Source: Lysobacteraceae bacterium (GTDB lineage Bacteria; Pseudomonadota; Gammaproteobacteria; Xanthomonadales; Xanthomonadaceae). From it: DNA of 64,000 bases. Under the pieces are notes generated by a model, which was not told the origin of the DNA, ran no database searches, and saw nothing but the letters and a program-made list of their open reading frames with translations. Each line of letters starts with the position of its first letter. The first letter of the stretch is position 1. The DNA is taken from assembly GCA_024508915.1 (NCBI GenBank), contig JANINR010000005.1, positions 1,169 to 65,168 of the forward strand, written 5' to 3'. A program made the translations under genes and the position numbers. Positions 27,110 through 36,457 of the stretch are shown one piece after another.

Positions 27110-28020
27110 GCGTGGATTGTAGGGTCGCCCGCCGCCTGCACCAGCCAGTCGGCGAAGGCCTGCGCGGGTGCGCGCAGGCGGCGGTGCGAAGGCCAGGCGA
27201 GGAAGTAGCCGTAGCGCGCCTCCAGCGCGGGACCCGGCAGGCGCACGAGCGCGCCGGACTCGAGGAAGGGCGCGATGATGTGCTCGCGCGCAAGCGCCAC
27301 GCCGAGCCCCTGGGCCGCGGCGCTGAGTGCCGCATTGGAATCGGTGAAGCGGAAGCGCTCGCGCATGCCCGCATCGAGCGCGCCGGGATGGCGGACGCCC
27401 GCCGCGCGGAACCAGTCGGGCCAGCCCTGCCGGCCCATGTCCGCGATGAGCGGGAGCGCCGCGATGCCCGCCGCGTCGCGGAGCGCGGAGACGCCCGGCA
27501 GGCCGGGTGCCGCGACCGGGAACAGCGTTTCCCGGAGCAGGGGGCGCGCGACCAGGCCCGGCCAGTTGCCGTCGCCGTAGCGCACGGCCAGGTCGGGCCC
27601 GCCGGCGTCGAAGCGCGCGAGCGCGAAGCCGGTCTCGATGCTGAGGCGCAGGTCCGGATGCGCGGCGGCGAAGTCCGGCAGCCGCGGCAGCAGCCATCCG
27701 CAGGTCCATGAGTGCAGGGTCGCGATGCGCACGAGCGCTTCGTCGCCGCTGCTCGCGCGCACGCCGCGGATCGCGTCCTCCAGGTCCCCCAGGCTGCTGC
27801 CGGCCGCGTCGGCGAGGCGCCGCCCGGCGGGCGTGAGCTGCACGCCGCGCGCGTGGCGATGGAAGAGCGCGACGCCGAGGCGGTCCTCGAGTTTGCGGAC
27901 GTGGTGGCTGACCGCGCTCGCGGTCAGGCTGAGCTCGTCGGCCGCGTGGGCGAAGTTCTGGTGGCGGGCCGCGGCCTCGAAGGCCGCGAGGGCGGGAAGC
28001 CAGTCCGAGCGCAGCGTCAT
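27106..28020 (-). CDS. LysR family transcriptional regulator (GcvA-like)
   Basis: N-terminal wHTH AAFEAAARHQNFAHAADELSLTASAVSHHVRKLEDRLGVALFHR, followed by a substrate-binding domain. Confidence 0.92.
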   Translation of the reverse strand: MTLRSDWLPALAAFEAAARHQNFAHAADELSLTASAVSHHVRKLEDRLGVALFHRHARGVQLTPAGRRLADAAGSSLGDLEDAIRGVRASSGDEALVRIATLHSWTCGWLLPRLPDFAAAHPDLRLSIETGFALARFDAGGPDLAVRYGDGNWPGLVARPLLRETLFPVAAPGLPGVSALRDAAGIAALPLIADMGRQGWPDWFRAAGVRHPGALDAGMRERFRFTDSNAALSAAAQGLGVALAREHIIAPFLESGALVRLPGPALEARYGYFLAWPSHRRLRAPAQAFADWLVQAAGDPTIHA

Positions 28021-28119
28021 GCGAGCCTCAAATCCTGTTCATGGCTGACCCCGAAAGTATGCGCTTGCGGGGCCCCGCCCGGAGCGGAAAATGGCGCGAC
28101 CCCAAGCCTGGTGCCCGAC

Positions 28120-29013
28120 ATGTCCAGCCCGGTCATGAGCCTCCCGCAGTCCTCATTCCAGGCACGCGCCTGGTTCACCCCCGGCGAGCTCGCGCTGCTC
28201 GGCGCGATCTGGGGCGCGTCCTTCCTGTTCATGCGGGTGGCGGCGGCGGACTTCGGGCCGTTCCCGCTGGTGGCCGTGCGGCTCGCGCTGGGCTCGCTGG
28301 TGCTGCTGCCGTTCCTGTGGCGCGCGCGCGACCGCTTCCCGCTGCGGCTGTGGCCGAAGCTGGCGCTGATCGGCGCGGTCAATTCCGCGGTGCCGTTCCT
28401 GCTGTTCGCCTGGGGCGCGGAACGCGCGCCGGCGGGCATCGGCGCGATCGCGAACGCGATGACCGTGCTGTTCACGGCGCTGGTCGGTTTCCTCTTCTTC
28501 GGCGAGCGCATCGGCGCACGCCGCGCCGTCGCGCTTGCGGTCGGGTTCGCCGGCGTGGTGGTGCTCGCGAGCGGCCGCACCGCCGGCAGCGGCGTGGCGG
28601 CGGCGGTCGCGGCCGGCGCCACGGCCGCCTTCCTCTACGGGGTGGGCATCAACCTGGTGCGCCGGCACCTGACCGGCCTGCCGCCCGCGGCGGTGGCGTC
28701 GGCCACGCTCGGGACCTCCGCGCTGCTGACGGCGCCGTTCGCGATCGCGACCTGGCCCGCGCATCCGCTCGCGCCCGCGTCGTTGTGGTCGGCCGGATTG
28801 CTCGGCGTGGTCTGCACGGGGCTCGCATTCGTCATGTACTACCGGTTGATCGCGCGCATCGGCGCGAGCCGCGCGTCGACGGTGACCTACCTGATCCCGG
28901 TGTTCGGCGTGCTCTGGGCCTGGGCGCTGCTCGACGAGGCGCCGACCTGGAGCATGGCCCTGTCGGCACTGCTGATCCTGGGCAGCGTGGCGCTGAGCCA
29001 GCGCGGACGCTGA
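28120..29013 (+). CDS. DMT/EamA family transporter
   Basis: 10-TM pattern (LLGAIWGASFLFMRVAA...). ATG at 28120, divergent from the LysR gene. Confidence 0.85.
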   Translation: MSSPVMSLPQSSFQARAWFTPGELALLGAIWGASFLFMRVAAADFGPFPLVAVRLALGSLVLLPFLWRARDRFPLRLWPKLALIGAVNSAVPFLLFAWGAERAPAGIGAIANAMTVLFTALVGFLFFGERIGARRAVALAVGFAGVVVLASGRTAGSGVAAAVAAGATAAFLYGVGINLVRRHLTGLPPAAVASATLGTSALLTAPFAIATWPAHPLAPASLWSAGLLGVVCTGLAFVMYYRLIARIGASRASTVTYLIPVFGVLWAWALLDEAPTWSMALSALLILGSVALSQRGR

Positions 29014-29042
29014 CGCGGTCGCTGCCCGTCCAGCGCCGCGGG

Positions 29043-29882
29043 TCAGGCCGCTCCGTCCAGGAGGCGGAGCAGGGCCATCGCCGCCGCGGGATTGCGCTCC
29101 TTCGCCGCGGCGATGAAGAACACGAAGACATCGCGCGCGACCGCGCCGGGCGCCGCGGAGGCCGGCTCGATGCGGGGCAGGTCGCCGGGCTCTCCCCCGC
29201 TCGCCCACTCGCGGATCCGCATGGCCCACTGCCGCAGTTCGGCGTCGGGGTAACCGGTGGCGACTTCGCTGCGCGAGCGCATCAGGCGCGCATAGACGAA
29301 CGGCGCCGCGAGGTCGGCGAAGGAGGGATGCTCCGACGAGTCCGTGAACACCGTCGCGCACCCGTGCCGGCGCGCCAGCGCGACGTAGCCGGCATCGACG
29401 CATTCGGGGTCGCGCACGTCCAGCACATGGCGCAGCGCGACGCCGCCGGCACTCGCGGGCAGCGCCGCGACGAAGTCGGCGAGGTCGTCCCGCTCCGGCC
29501 GCCGTCCCTGCTCGAACTGCCAGACGATCGGCCCGAGCTTCGGCCCGAGGGTGGCGATGCCTTCGAGGAAGTCCTCGACCTGCGCCCCGGTGCGGGCCAG
29601 CACGCGCGATCGGGTGATGCGCTGCGGCGCCTTCGCGGCGAAGACGAAGCCGTCCGGCGCCTCGTCGCGCCATTTCGCATAGGTGGCGGGCTTCTGCGCG
29701 CCGTACCAGGTGCCGTTGACCTCGATCGCGCTGACGTGCCGGCTGGCGTATTCGAGCTCGCGCCGCTGGACCAGGCCCTTCGGGTAGAAGTTGTCGCGCC
29801 AGGGCGCGTAGGTCCAGCCGCCGATGCCCACGCGGATGCGGCCGGCGGTCTCGTGGGTGTCGCGGGTGCGTTGGCCTGCCAT
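29043..29882 (-). CDS. DUF72 family protein (YecE-like)
   Basis: IRVGIGGWTYAPWRDNFYPKGL...YASRHVSAIEVNGTWY is the DUF72 signature. ATG at 29882, in frame with the stop at 29043. Confidence 0.85.
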   Translation of the reverse strand: MAGQRTRDTHETAGRIRVGIGGWTYAPWRDNFYPKGLVQRRELEYASRHVSAIEVNGTWYGAQKPATYAKWRDEAPDGFVFAAKAPQRITRSRVLARTGAQVEDFLEGIATLGPKLGPIVWQFEQGRRPERDDLADFVAALPASAGGVALRHVLDVRDPECVDAGYVALARRHGCATVFTDSSEHPSFADLAAPFVYARLMRSRSEVATGYPDAELRQWAMRIREWASGGEPGDLPRIEPASAAPGAVARDVFVFFIAAAKERNPAAAMALLRLLDGAA

Positions 29883-29902
29883 GCCGGCAGGATAGCGCGG
29901 GC

Positions 29903-32809
29903 TCAGCGCACCAGTTGCGACGCCGGCCGCGCGCGGCCGAACAGGAATCCCTGCCCGTAATGGCAGCCCATCGACAACAGCGCCTTGCGCTGGGCTTCGC
30001 TCTCCACGCCGACGGCCAGCACCTCGAGTTCCAGCGTGCGGGCCAGGGCGACGATCGCCGCTAACACGGCGCGCCCGCGATGGCTGCTCTCGCCGGTGCC
30101 GTCGAGCAGGGCGACCAGCGACCGGTCGATCTTGATCATCCGCAGCGGGAATCGATGCACGACCGGGAGCGACGACTGGCCGGTGCCGAAGTCGTCGAGC
30201 ACGGCGTCGATGCCGGCATCGCGCAGGCGGTGCAGCACGTCGGCGACGCTGTCCGGATCCTGGAGCAGTGCGCCTTCGCCGATCTCGACGCAGAAGCGGC
30301 CGGGCGCGAGCCCCGACGCGCGCGTGAGCGCGGACAGGCGCGCGGCCAGCTCGGTGTCGCGGAGCATCCGCGCCGCCAGGTTCACGGAGACGAAGCCGCC
30401 GCCCGGCAACGAGGCCGCGGCGTCGCAGGCGCGCTCGAAGATGCGCCAGTCGATCGCATCCAGGCGGCCGCTGTCCTCGGCGACCTGCAGGAACTGCCCC
30501 GGCAGCAGCACGCCGCGCCGCGGGTGGTGCCAGCGCAGCAGCGCCTCGTGGCCGATGACCTCGCCGTCGTCCAGCCGCACCAGCGGCTCGAACCAGGGCT
30601 GGAACTCGTCCCGCTCGAGGCCTTCGCCGATCTGCCGTTCGAGGGCGAGGCTGTCGCGTGCCGCGCGCTGCATCTCGTCGTCGAACACCGCGCAGCGGTT
30701 GCGGCCGCGTTCCTTCGCGCGGTACAGGGCGAGGTCGGCGTCGAGCAGTACCGCATCGGTGTCGCCGTAGCCGCGGTCGCCGACCGCGATGCCCACGCTT
30801 GCACTGACCTGCAGCGAGCGGTCGCCGACCAGCACCGGCCGCCGCAGCGATTCGATCACCCAGGCGGCGACCCGGCTCGCGTCCGCGGCGCCGTCGACTT
30901 CCTCGATCAGGATCGCGAATTCGTCGCCGGAGAGGCGTGCAACCAGGTCCGGCGCCTGCGCGATGCGCGCGAGCCGCTGCGCGACCTCGCGCAGCACGTC
31001 GTCGCCGACGAGGTGGCCGAGCGTGTCGTTGATCTGCTTGAAGCGGTCGACGTCGATGTACAGCAGCGCGAACGGCCGCGACGCGCCCTCGCGCCGCCGC
31101 GCGACCGCGCAGTCGACGCGTTCGCGGAGGTACACGCGGTTGGGGAGCCCGGTCAGCGGATCGTGCATGACCTGGTGGCGCAGGCGCGCCTCGGCCTGCT
31201 CGCGCTGCGCGACCTGCTCGCGCAGTTCGCGGGTGCGGCGTTCCACCCGGTCCTCGAGCCGCGCGTTGGCCACGCGCAGCGCTTCCGCGGCCATGCGCCG
31301 CTGCAGGCTGCTCGCGATCTGGTGCGCGGCGAACGCGAGCAGCTCGGCGTCGCGCGCATCGTAGCCGCGGCTCTGCGAGTAGGACTGGACCGCGACGGCG
31401 CCAATGGCCACGCCGCCCGCGCCGAGCAGCGGCGCGCCGAGCCAGCTGGTCACCGTGCCGTCCACGAAGCGCTGGTCCACCTCGCCCTCGCGGACCAGCT
31501 CGAGCATGCGCGCCATGTCCACGACCTGCGGCTTGCCGGAGCGCATCACGTACTCGGTCATGCCGCGGCCCGAGGAACGCGGCGACCAGTCCGTTTCGCA
31601 CGCGTCCACCGCGTACGGGAAGCTCACCTCGGCGCCGTCGGCGGATACCAGCGCGATGTAGAAGTTGCGAGCATTGATCAGCGCGCCGACGATGGCGTGC
31701 ACGCTGCGGTAGAACGCATCGCTGCTTTCCTCGCCGTTGGCGAGCGCGGCGAGGCGGTACAGCGCCGCCTGCAGGCGCTCGCCGCGCTGGCGCTCGGCGA
31801 CCTCGCGGCTCAGGTCGCGGTTGGCCTCGGCGAGCTGGTGGGTGCGCTCCTCGACGCGGCGCTCCAGCTGCGCGCGCGCCTCGCGCCGCTCCATCGCGGT
31901 GAGCGCATGCTCGGCCACGAACGCGAGCAGGTTCATGTCCGCCTGGGTGTAGCGGGTGCCCTCGAGGTAGCTCTGCACCACCAGCGCGCCGCGCACCCGG
32001 CCGTCGCGGATCATCGGCACGCCGAGCCAGTCGACGCTGTCCGCGCCATGCAGCTCCAGCGGGCCCGACATGCGCGCGCGCAGTTCCTCGGTGCTGCCCA
32101 TCATCGGGCGCGCGTCCTTGACCAGGTACCAGGTCAGCCCGCGCTCCAGGCTCGACATCGGGACGCACTGGTCCGGCGGATGTTCCTCCTGGTCCACGGT
32201 GTCGGCGAAGTAGGCGAAGCGCAGGCTGTCGCTCGCCTCGTCGTAGAGCGCGACGTAGAAATTCTCGGCATACATGAGCCCGGACACGATGCGGTGCAGG
32301 CCGGCCAGCATCTCCGGCATGTCGAGCGCGGAGCCGGCCATGTCGGCGATCGCGTACAAGGCGTGCTGCAGGCGCTCGGCCTTCTCGAAGCGGGCGACTT
32401 CGCCTCGCAGCCGTTCGGTCGCCAGCGACTCGGCCATGCGTGCGCGAACCAGGCCGGCGACCCGCGGCGGTACCGGCGGGGCGGGGGCGGCGAGGCGCAG
32501 CACGGCGGTGCCGCCGTCGGCGCCCGCGCAGACGACCACGTAACGGGGGTCGCAGTGGCCGTCGGCCTGCCAGGCGGCGACCTCGCGCACCGCGCGCGCG
32601 ATGTCGAGGTCGCGCGCCGAGGCCGGCAGGCTCGAGATCGATTCGGGCCAGCGCGGCGACCAGAACGCCGCTTCGACGGCCACGGGCATCCGCGCAGCGA
32701 TCGTCGCGACCACGTCGGCCGGCGTCGCTGCCTTAAGCAGCTGCACGGCGCACGCGTCGCCGTAGCGGTATGTCTGCGGCTCCTTGCCGGTGCCGGTTTC
32801 CGGGTGCAT
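29903..32809 (-). CDS. GAF-GAF-GGDEF-EAL signalling protein with degenerate catalytic motifs
   Basis: Two GAF-like regions separated by coiled-coil segments. The GGDEF domain carries SGDEF (RLSGDEFAILI). The EAL domain has EALLRWHHP, DDFGTGQSS and KIDRS, but VGVES where EGVE is expected. ATG at 32809 with GGGGGA upstream; the track start at 32827 is TTG. Confidence 0.9.
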   Translation of the reverse strand: MHPETGTGKEPQTYRYGDACAVQLLKAATPADVVATIAARMPVAVEAAFWSPRWPESISSLPASARDLDIARAVREVAAWQADGHCDPRYVVVCAGADGGTAVLRLAAPAPPVPPRVAGLVRARMAESLATERLRGEVARFEKAERLQHALYAIADMAGSALDMPEMLAGLHRIVSGLMYAENFYVALYDEASDSLRFAYFADTVDQEEHPPDQCVPMSSLERGLTWYLVKDARPMMGSTEELRARMSGPLELHGADSVDWLGVPMIRDGRVRGALVVQSYLEGTRYTQADMNLLAFVAEHALTAMERREARAQLERRVEERTHQLAEANRDLSREVAERQRGERLQAALYRLAALANGEESSDAFYRSVHAIVGALINARNFYIALVSADGAEVSFPYAVDACETDWSPRSSGRGMTEYVMRSGKPQVVDMARMLELVREGEVDQRFVDGTVTSWLGAPLLGAGGVAIGAVAVQSYSQSRGYDARDAELLAFAAHQIASSLQRRMAAEALRVANARLEDRVERRTRELREQVAQREQAEARLRHQVMHDPLTGLPNRVYLRERVDCAVARRREGASRPFALLYIDVDRFKQINDTLGHLVGDDVLREVAQRLARIAQAPDLVARLSGDEFAILIEEVDGAADASRVAAWVIESLRRPVLVGDRSLQVSASVGIAVGDRGYGDTDAVLLDADLALYRAKERGRNRCAVFDDEMQRAARDSLALERQIGEGLERDEFQPWFEPLVRLDDGEVIGHEALLRWHHPRRGVLLPGQFLQVAEDSGRLDAIDWRIFERACDAAASLPGGGFVSVNLAARMLRDTELAARLSALTRASGLAPGRFCVEIGEGALLQDPDSVADVLHRLRDAGIDAVLDDFGTGQSSLPVVHRFPLRMIKIDRSLVALLDGTGESSHRGRAVLAAIVALARTLELEVLAVGVESEAQRKALLSMGCHYGQGFLFGRARPASQLVR

Positions 32810-32902
32810 TGGGTCCCCCTGCGGCAAGGTTACTCCGCAGGGGGCCCGCAGGGGCGTGACGGGCGTCCCGTTAGGAACGGACCTTCACGCGGCAGATCCG
32901 CG

Positions 32903-33787
32903 TCAGGAGCGGACCTGGCCGGCAGCCAGCGAAGCCATGCCGGTGACGCGGGCGATGCGCGCCCACGCGATCATCGCCACCACGGCCTGGCCGAGGAGGA
33001 AGGACAGCACGAACGCGCCGGTCCCGGTCCCGTCGGCGCGCACCCGCCACCACGCGAACAGGGCGGCGAGGCCGTAGCCGACGAGGCTGGCGATGACGTA
33101 GACGAGCAGCGTCGCGAGCGGGCGGCGCACCAGCAGCTTCACCCCACGCCACCAGGCCTTCACCACCGAGCGCAGGGCGCGGTCGGCGCCGAGCCAGCCG
33201 CGGCCGGCTTCGACCGTGGCATGCAGCAGCACGAACACGATGCCGGCCACGATCATGCCGTTGCGGGCGGCGGCATCGGCGTCCGTGGCGAGGATCGCGT
33301 CCTCCGCGCCTGAGCGCATCGCGCCCATCACCCCGCCGCCGATCGCGAGGGCGACGCCGAGCGGGATCAGCGACCAGAGCATCATGCGCAGCATCCGCCA
33401 GTATTCCGACAGGCCGCCGTGCACGAGCTCGCCGAAGCCGAGGCGGCGTCCGGCGCGCAGCGACGCGACCACCATGCCGGTGAGCCAGGGCGCGACGAGC
33501 AGCATCAGCAGCGTGCTGCCCCCGAGGCCGGCCACCAGCCAGTCCATGTGCTCGCCGAGCTTCGCCAGGCCCTGCATCAGCAGCGAGACATCCTGGCCGG
33601 CGGCGATCCGTGCGGCGTGCACGGAATGCCCGAACTGCGCCTGCAGCGTGCGCCACAGCGGCGTCGCGACCAGCAGGGTGGGGACGAGGGTGGCGAGGAT
33701 CCAGAGCAGCAGCAGGCGCCACTGCAGCGCGGATGCCAGCGCGGCGAAGGCGGCGCCGAGGCCGCCGCGACGGGAGGTGCGGTTCAT
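32903..33787 (-). CDS. polytopic membrane protein, unknown family
   Basis: 294 aa with about 6-7 hydrophobic segments. ATG overlaps the stop of the upstream M1-like peptidase (ATGA). Confidence 0.7.
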   Translation of the reverse strand: MNRTSRRGGLGAAFAALASALQWRLLLLWILATLVPTLLVATPLWRTLQAQFGHSVHAARIAAGQDVSLLMQGLAKLGEHMDWLVAGLGGSTLLMLLVAPWLTGMVVASLRAGRRLGFGELVHGGLSEYWRMLRMMLWSLIPLGVALAIGGGVMGAMRSGAEDAILATDADAAARNGMIVAGIVFVLLHATVEAGRGWLGADRALRSVVKAWWRGVKLLVRRPLATLLVYVIASLVGYGLAALFAWWRVRADGTGTGAFVLSFLLGQAVVAMIAWARIARVTGMASLAAGQVRS

Positions 33788-35973
33788 AGGCTCACCAGGA
33801 AGGCCAGGAGGGTCTGCAGGGCGGAACCGAACTGGCCGGCGAGGCGGCGCGAGACGGAACCGTTTTCCTCGAGCGTGCGGGTGTTGTCGAGCTGGTCCGC
33901 GTCGAGGTAGTGCATGCCATCGGGATCGAGCTCGGCCGACACGGCCTTGGCCTTGCGCGTCCAGGTGAAGCGCTGCCAGGGACGATCGCCGTCGAAGCGG
34001 GCGGTTTCGGTGCTGCCGTCCGCGAACTTCACGCGCAACACCTGCGGCACCGCGGCGCCGGCCCGGCGCACCAGCACGACCGTGCGGTACGGGAACGCGC
34101 CTTCGCCCGGCTTCGCCTTGGGATTGGCCTTCTTCCACGCCTCGCGGCGGTCGTCGATCGCCTTCGCGATCGACTTGGTGGTGAGCTCGACGCGCCGGCC
34201 CTGGTGCATCACGTAGCCGGGCTGCGGCAGCACTTCGCTGCTGGCGAACGAGGCGATGCGGTCGTCGACCGGCTTCACGTCGTACACCTGGTCGGCGAAG
34301 ATGCGCTCGACCACGTCGGCGCGGCCGGTGCCCTCGACGAGCGCGGCCTTCAGGTCGGCGGTGCTCGGGTGGCGGAACTTCCAGCGCGCGTAGTACAGCT
34401 TGAATGCGCGTTCCAGCGCCGGCGTGCCGACCTGGGCCTCGAGGTCGCGCATCGTCGTCGCGGTCCGGGAATAGACCGTGCCGTAGCTGCCCCCGGACAT
34501 GCGGTTCCAGGAATTCTGGCCGAGCGGGTCCGCGGGATGCTCGGTCATCGCGCCCAGGCGCTCGTAGGCGAACACCGGCAGGCGCAGGTCGATGCCCAGC
34601 TTCTTCAGCGGGCCCGTGGTCAGGTGCAGGTCGCGCTTCGCCGCCCGCAGCATGCGCTGGTCCCAGTACTCGTTCAGGCCTTCGTCCAGCATCGGCTCCT
34701 CGAACTCGTTGGAGCCGAGCAGCCCGTAGAAGTAGCCGTGGCCGAACTCGTGGATGGTCACGAAGTCCAGCAGGTCGCGGAACATCGTGCCCTTGTCGAC
34801 GTTGGCGTAGCTCGACGCGGTGAAGAACGTCGGGTACTCCATGCCGCCGGCTTCGGCCGCGTTGTACGGCGGGATCACCACCGTGACCGTCCGGTACGGA
34901 TAGGGGCCGAGCGTGTCGGAGAAGAAGCGCAGCGATTCGATGGTGGCGTCGAGGGCCGGCTTGGCGTTGCTCTCGTATTCGGGCGTGTACAGGACGCGCA
35001 CCGCCACCTTCGGGCTGCCGGGGCCTTCGTAGTAGCCGACCAGCGGCTTCGCGTAGCGCTTGTCGGCGGTCCAGGCGAAGTCGTGCACGTCGCCCTGGAC
35101 GAAGCGGTGGGTGACCTTGCCGTCCTTCTCGACCGCGGTCCCCGCCTCCTCGCCGGTCGCGCCGACGGTGTAGCCCTTCGGCACCGTGATGCGCACGTCG
35201 TACTCGCCGTAGTCGGCGTAGAACTCGCTGTGCGCGTGCATCTCGTGCGCGTTCCAGCGGGGCGCCGTCGCGCCGCGTTCGCCCGGCAGTTCGAGCACGC
35301 CGATCTTCGGGAACCACTGGCCGACGAGGTGGAACGTACCGTAGTAGCCGGTGCGGGCGACGACGCGCGGCAGCTGGTCGAAGAAGTCGATGTCGAGCGT
35401 GGTACTGGCGCCCGGCGCGACCGCTTGCGGCAGGTCCAGCCGCACGACGGTGCGATCTGTCTTCGGGCCGCCGTCGGGCTGCACGAAGCTCCACTTCACC
35501 TTGTTGCCGCCCTGGGCGACGTCGCGGAGCTTGATGTAGCCCCACTGGCCGTCCTTCGACTTGACGTCGCTGCGGAAGGAATCGTTGCCTTCGCGCAGTT
35601 CGGTCATGAACGTGCTGCCGGCGCCCTCGAACGCGTTGAGGTACAGGTGCAGGTACACGCTGCACACAGGCTGCGCGCTGCGGTTGCGCCAGGTGAGCTG
35701 CTGCCGGCCGGTGACGGTGTGCCTGACCGGGTCGAGGGTCGCGTCGATCGAGTAGCGGACCACGCGGTCGGACAGGGTGCCTTCGGCGCCGGTGCGCGGG
35801 CCGCCCCAGGCGTCCGGCGCGCTGGGCGTCGACACCGCCGCGGCGTCGCGGCCGACGACCGGGATGTCGGCGCAGGCGCCCGCGGGCGCGGACGGCGCCT
35901 GGGCCTGCGCCTGAGCGGCGAGTGGCAGCCCGGCGGCGAGCGCCCAGGCCAGGAATAGACGCATGCGCGGCAT
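33784..35973 (-). CDS. exported M1-family-like zinc metallopeptidase
   Basis: Signal peptide MPRMRLFLAWALAAGLPLAAQA; TIHEFGHGYFYGLLGSNEFEEPMLDEGLNEYW (HExxH...E). Confidence 0.88.
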   Translation of the reverse strand: MPRMRLFLAWALAAGLPLAAQAQAQAPSAPAGACADIPVVGRDAAAVSTPSAPDAWGGPRTGAEGTLSDRVVRYSIDATLDPVRHTVTGRQQLTWRNRSAQPVCSVYLHLYLNAFEGAGSTFMTELREGNDSFRSDVKSKDGQWGYIKLRDVAQGGNKVKWSFVQPDGGPKTDRTVVRLDLPQAVAPGASTTLDIDFFDQLPRVVARTGYYGTFHLVGQWFPKIGVLELPGERGATAPRWNAHEMHAHSEFYADYGEYDVRITVPKGYTVGATGEEAGTAVEKDGKVTHRFVQGDVHDFAWTADKRYAKPLVGYYEGPGSPKVAVRVLYTPEYESNAKPALDATIESLRFFSDTLGPYPYRTVTVVIPPYNAAEAGGMEYPTFFTASSYANVDKGTMFRDLLDFVTIHEFGHGYFYGLLGSNEFEEPMLDEGLNEYWDQRMLRAAKRDLHLTTGPLKKLGIDLRLPVFAYERLGAMTEHPADPLGQNSWNRMSGGSYGTVYSRTATTMRDLEAQVGTPALERAFKLYYARWKFRHPSTADLKAALVEGTGRADVVERIFADQVYDVKPVDDRIASFASSEVLPQPGYVMHQGRRVELTTKSIAKAIDDRREAWKKANPKAKPGEGAFPYRTVVLVRRAGAAVPQVLRVKFADGSTETARFDGDRPWQRFTWTRKAKAVSAELDPDGMHYLDADQLDNTRTLEENGSVSRRLAGQFGSALQTLLAFLVSL

Positions 35974-36106
35974 CGCTGCTTCCCCCGAAGAGACGAAAGA
36001 CGGGAGCGTGGGGCAATCGCGGCGCGCGCGCAATGCGACGGCCGGCCCATGCACGGCGGTCCCCGGCGCGCTATCGTTGCCGGTCCCGACCCTGGAGGAA
36101 GCCCGC

Positions 36107-36457
36107 GTGGTCCATGCCGGAAGCTGTCATTGCGGCCGCATCGCCTTCACCGTCGAGGGCGAGGTGTCGCAGGCGATCGACTGCAACTGCTCGATGTGCC
36201 GGCGGCGCGGTTCGGTGCTGGCGTTCTTCCCGCGCGAGGCGTTCACGCTGACCTCGAAGGAAGGCGACTACGGCACCTACCGCTTCAATACCGGAAGGAT
36301 CGCCCACCACTTCTGCCCGGACTGCGGCGTCGCGCCTTTCAGCGAAGCGATCGATCCGCGCAACGGCCAGCCGACGGTGGCCGTGAACCTGCGCTGCGTC
36401 GCCGACATCGACCTGGCGGCGCTTCCCGTGCACCACTTCGACGGCGCCAGCCTCTGA
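36107..36457 (+). CDS. GFA family (glutathione-dependent formaldehyde-activating/CENP-V-like) protein
   Basis: Cys pattern SCHCG...CNCSMC...CPDCG. GTG at 36107 lies 8 nt after GGAGG. No in-frame ATG nearby. Confidence 0.8.
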   Translation: MVHAGSCHCGRIAFTVEGEVSQAIDCNCSMCRRRGSVLAFFPREAFTLTSKEGDYGTYRFNTGRIAHHFCPDCGVAPFSEAIDPRNGQPTVAVNLRCVADIDLAALPVHHFDGASL

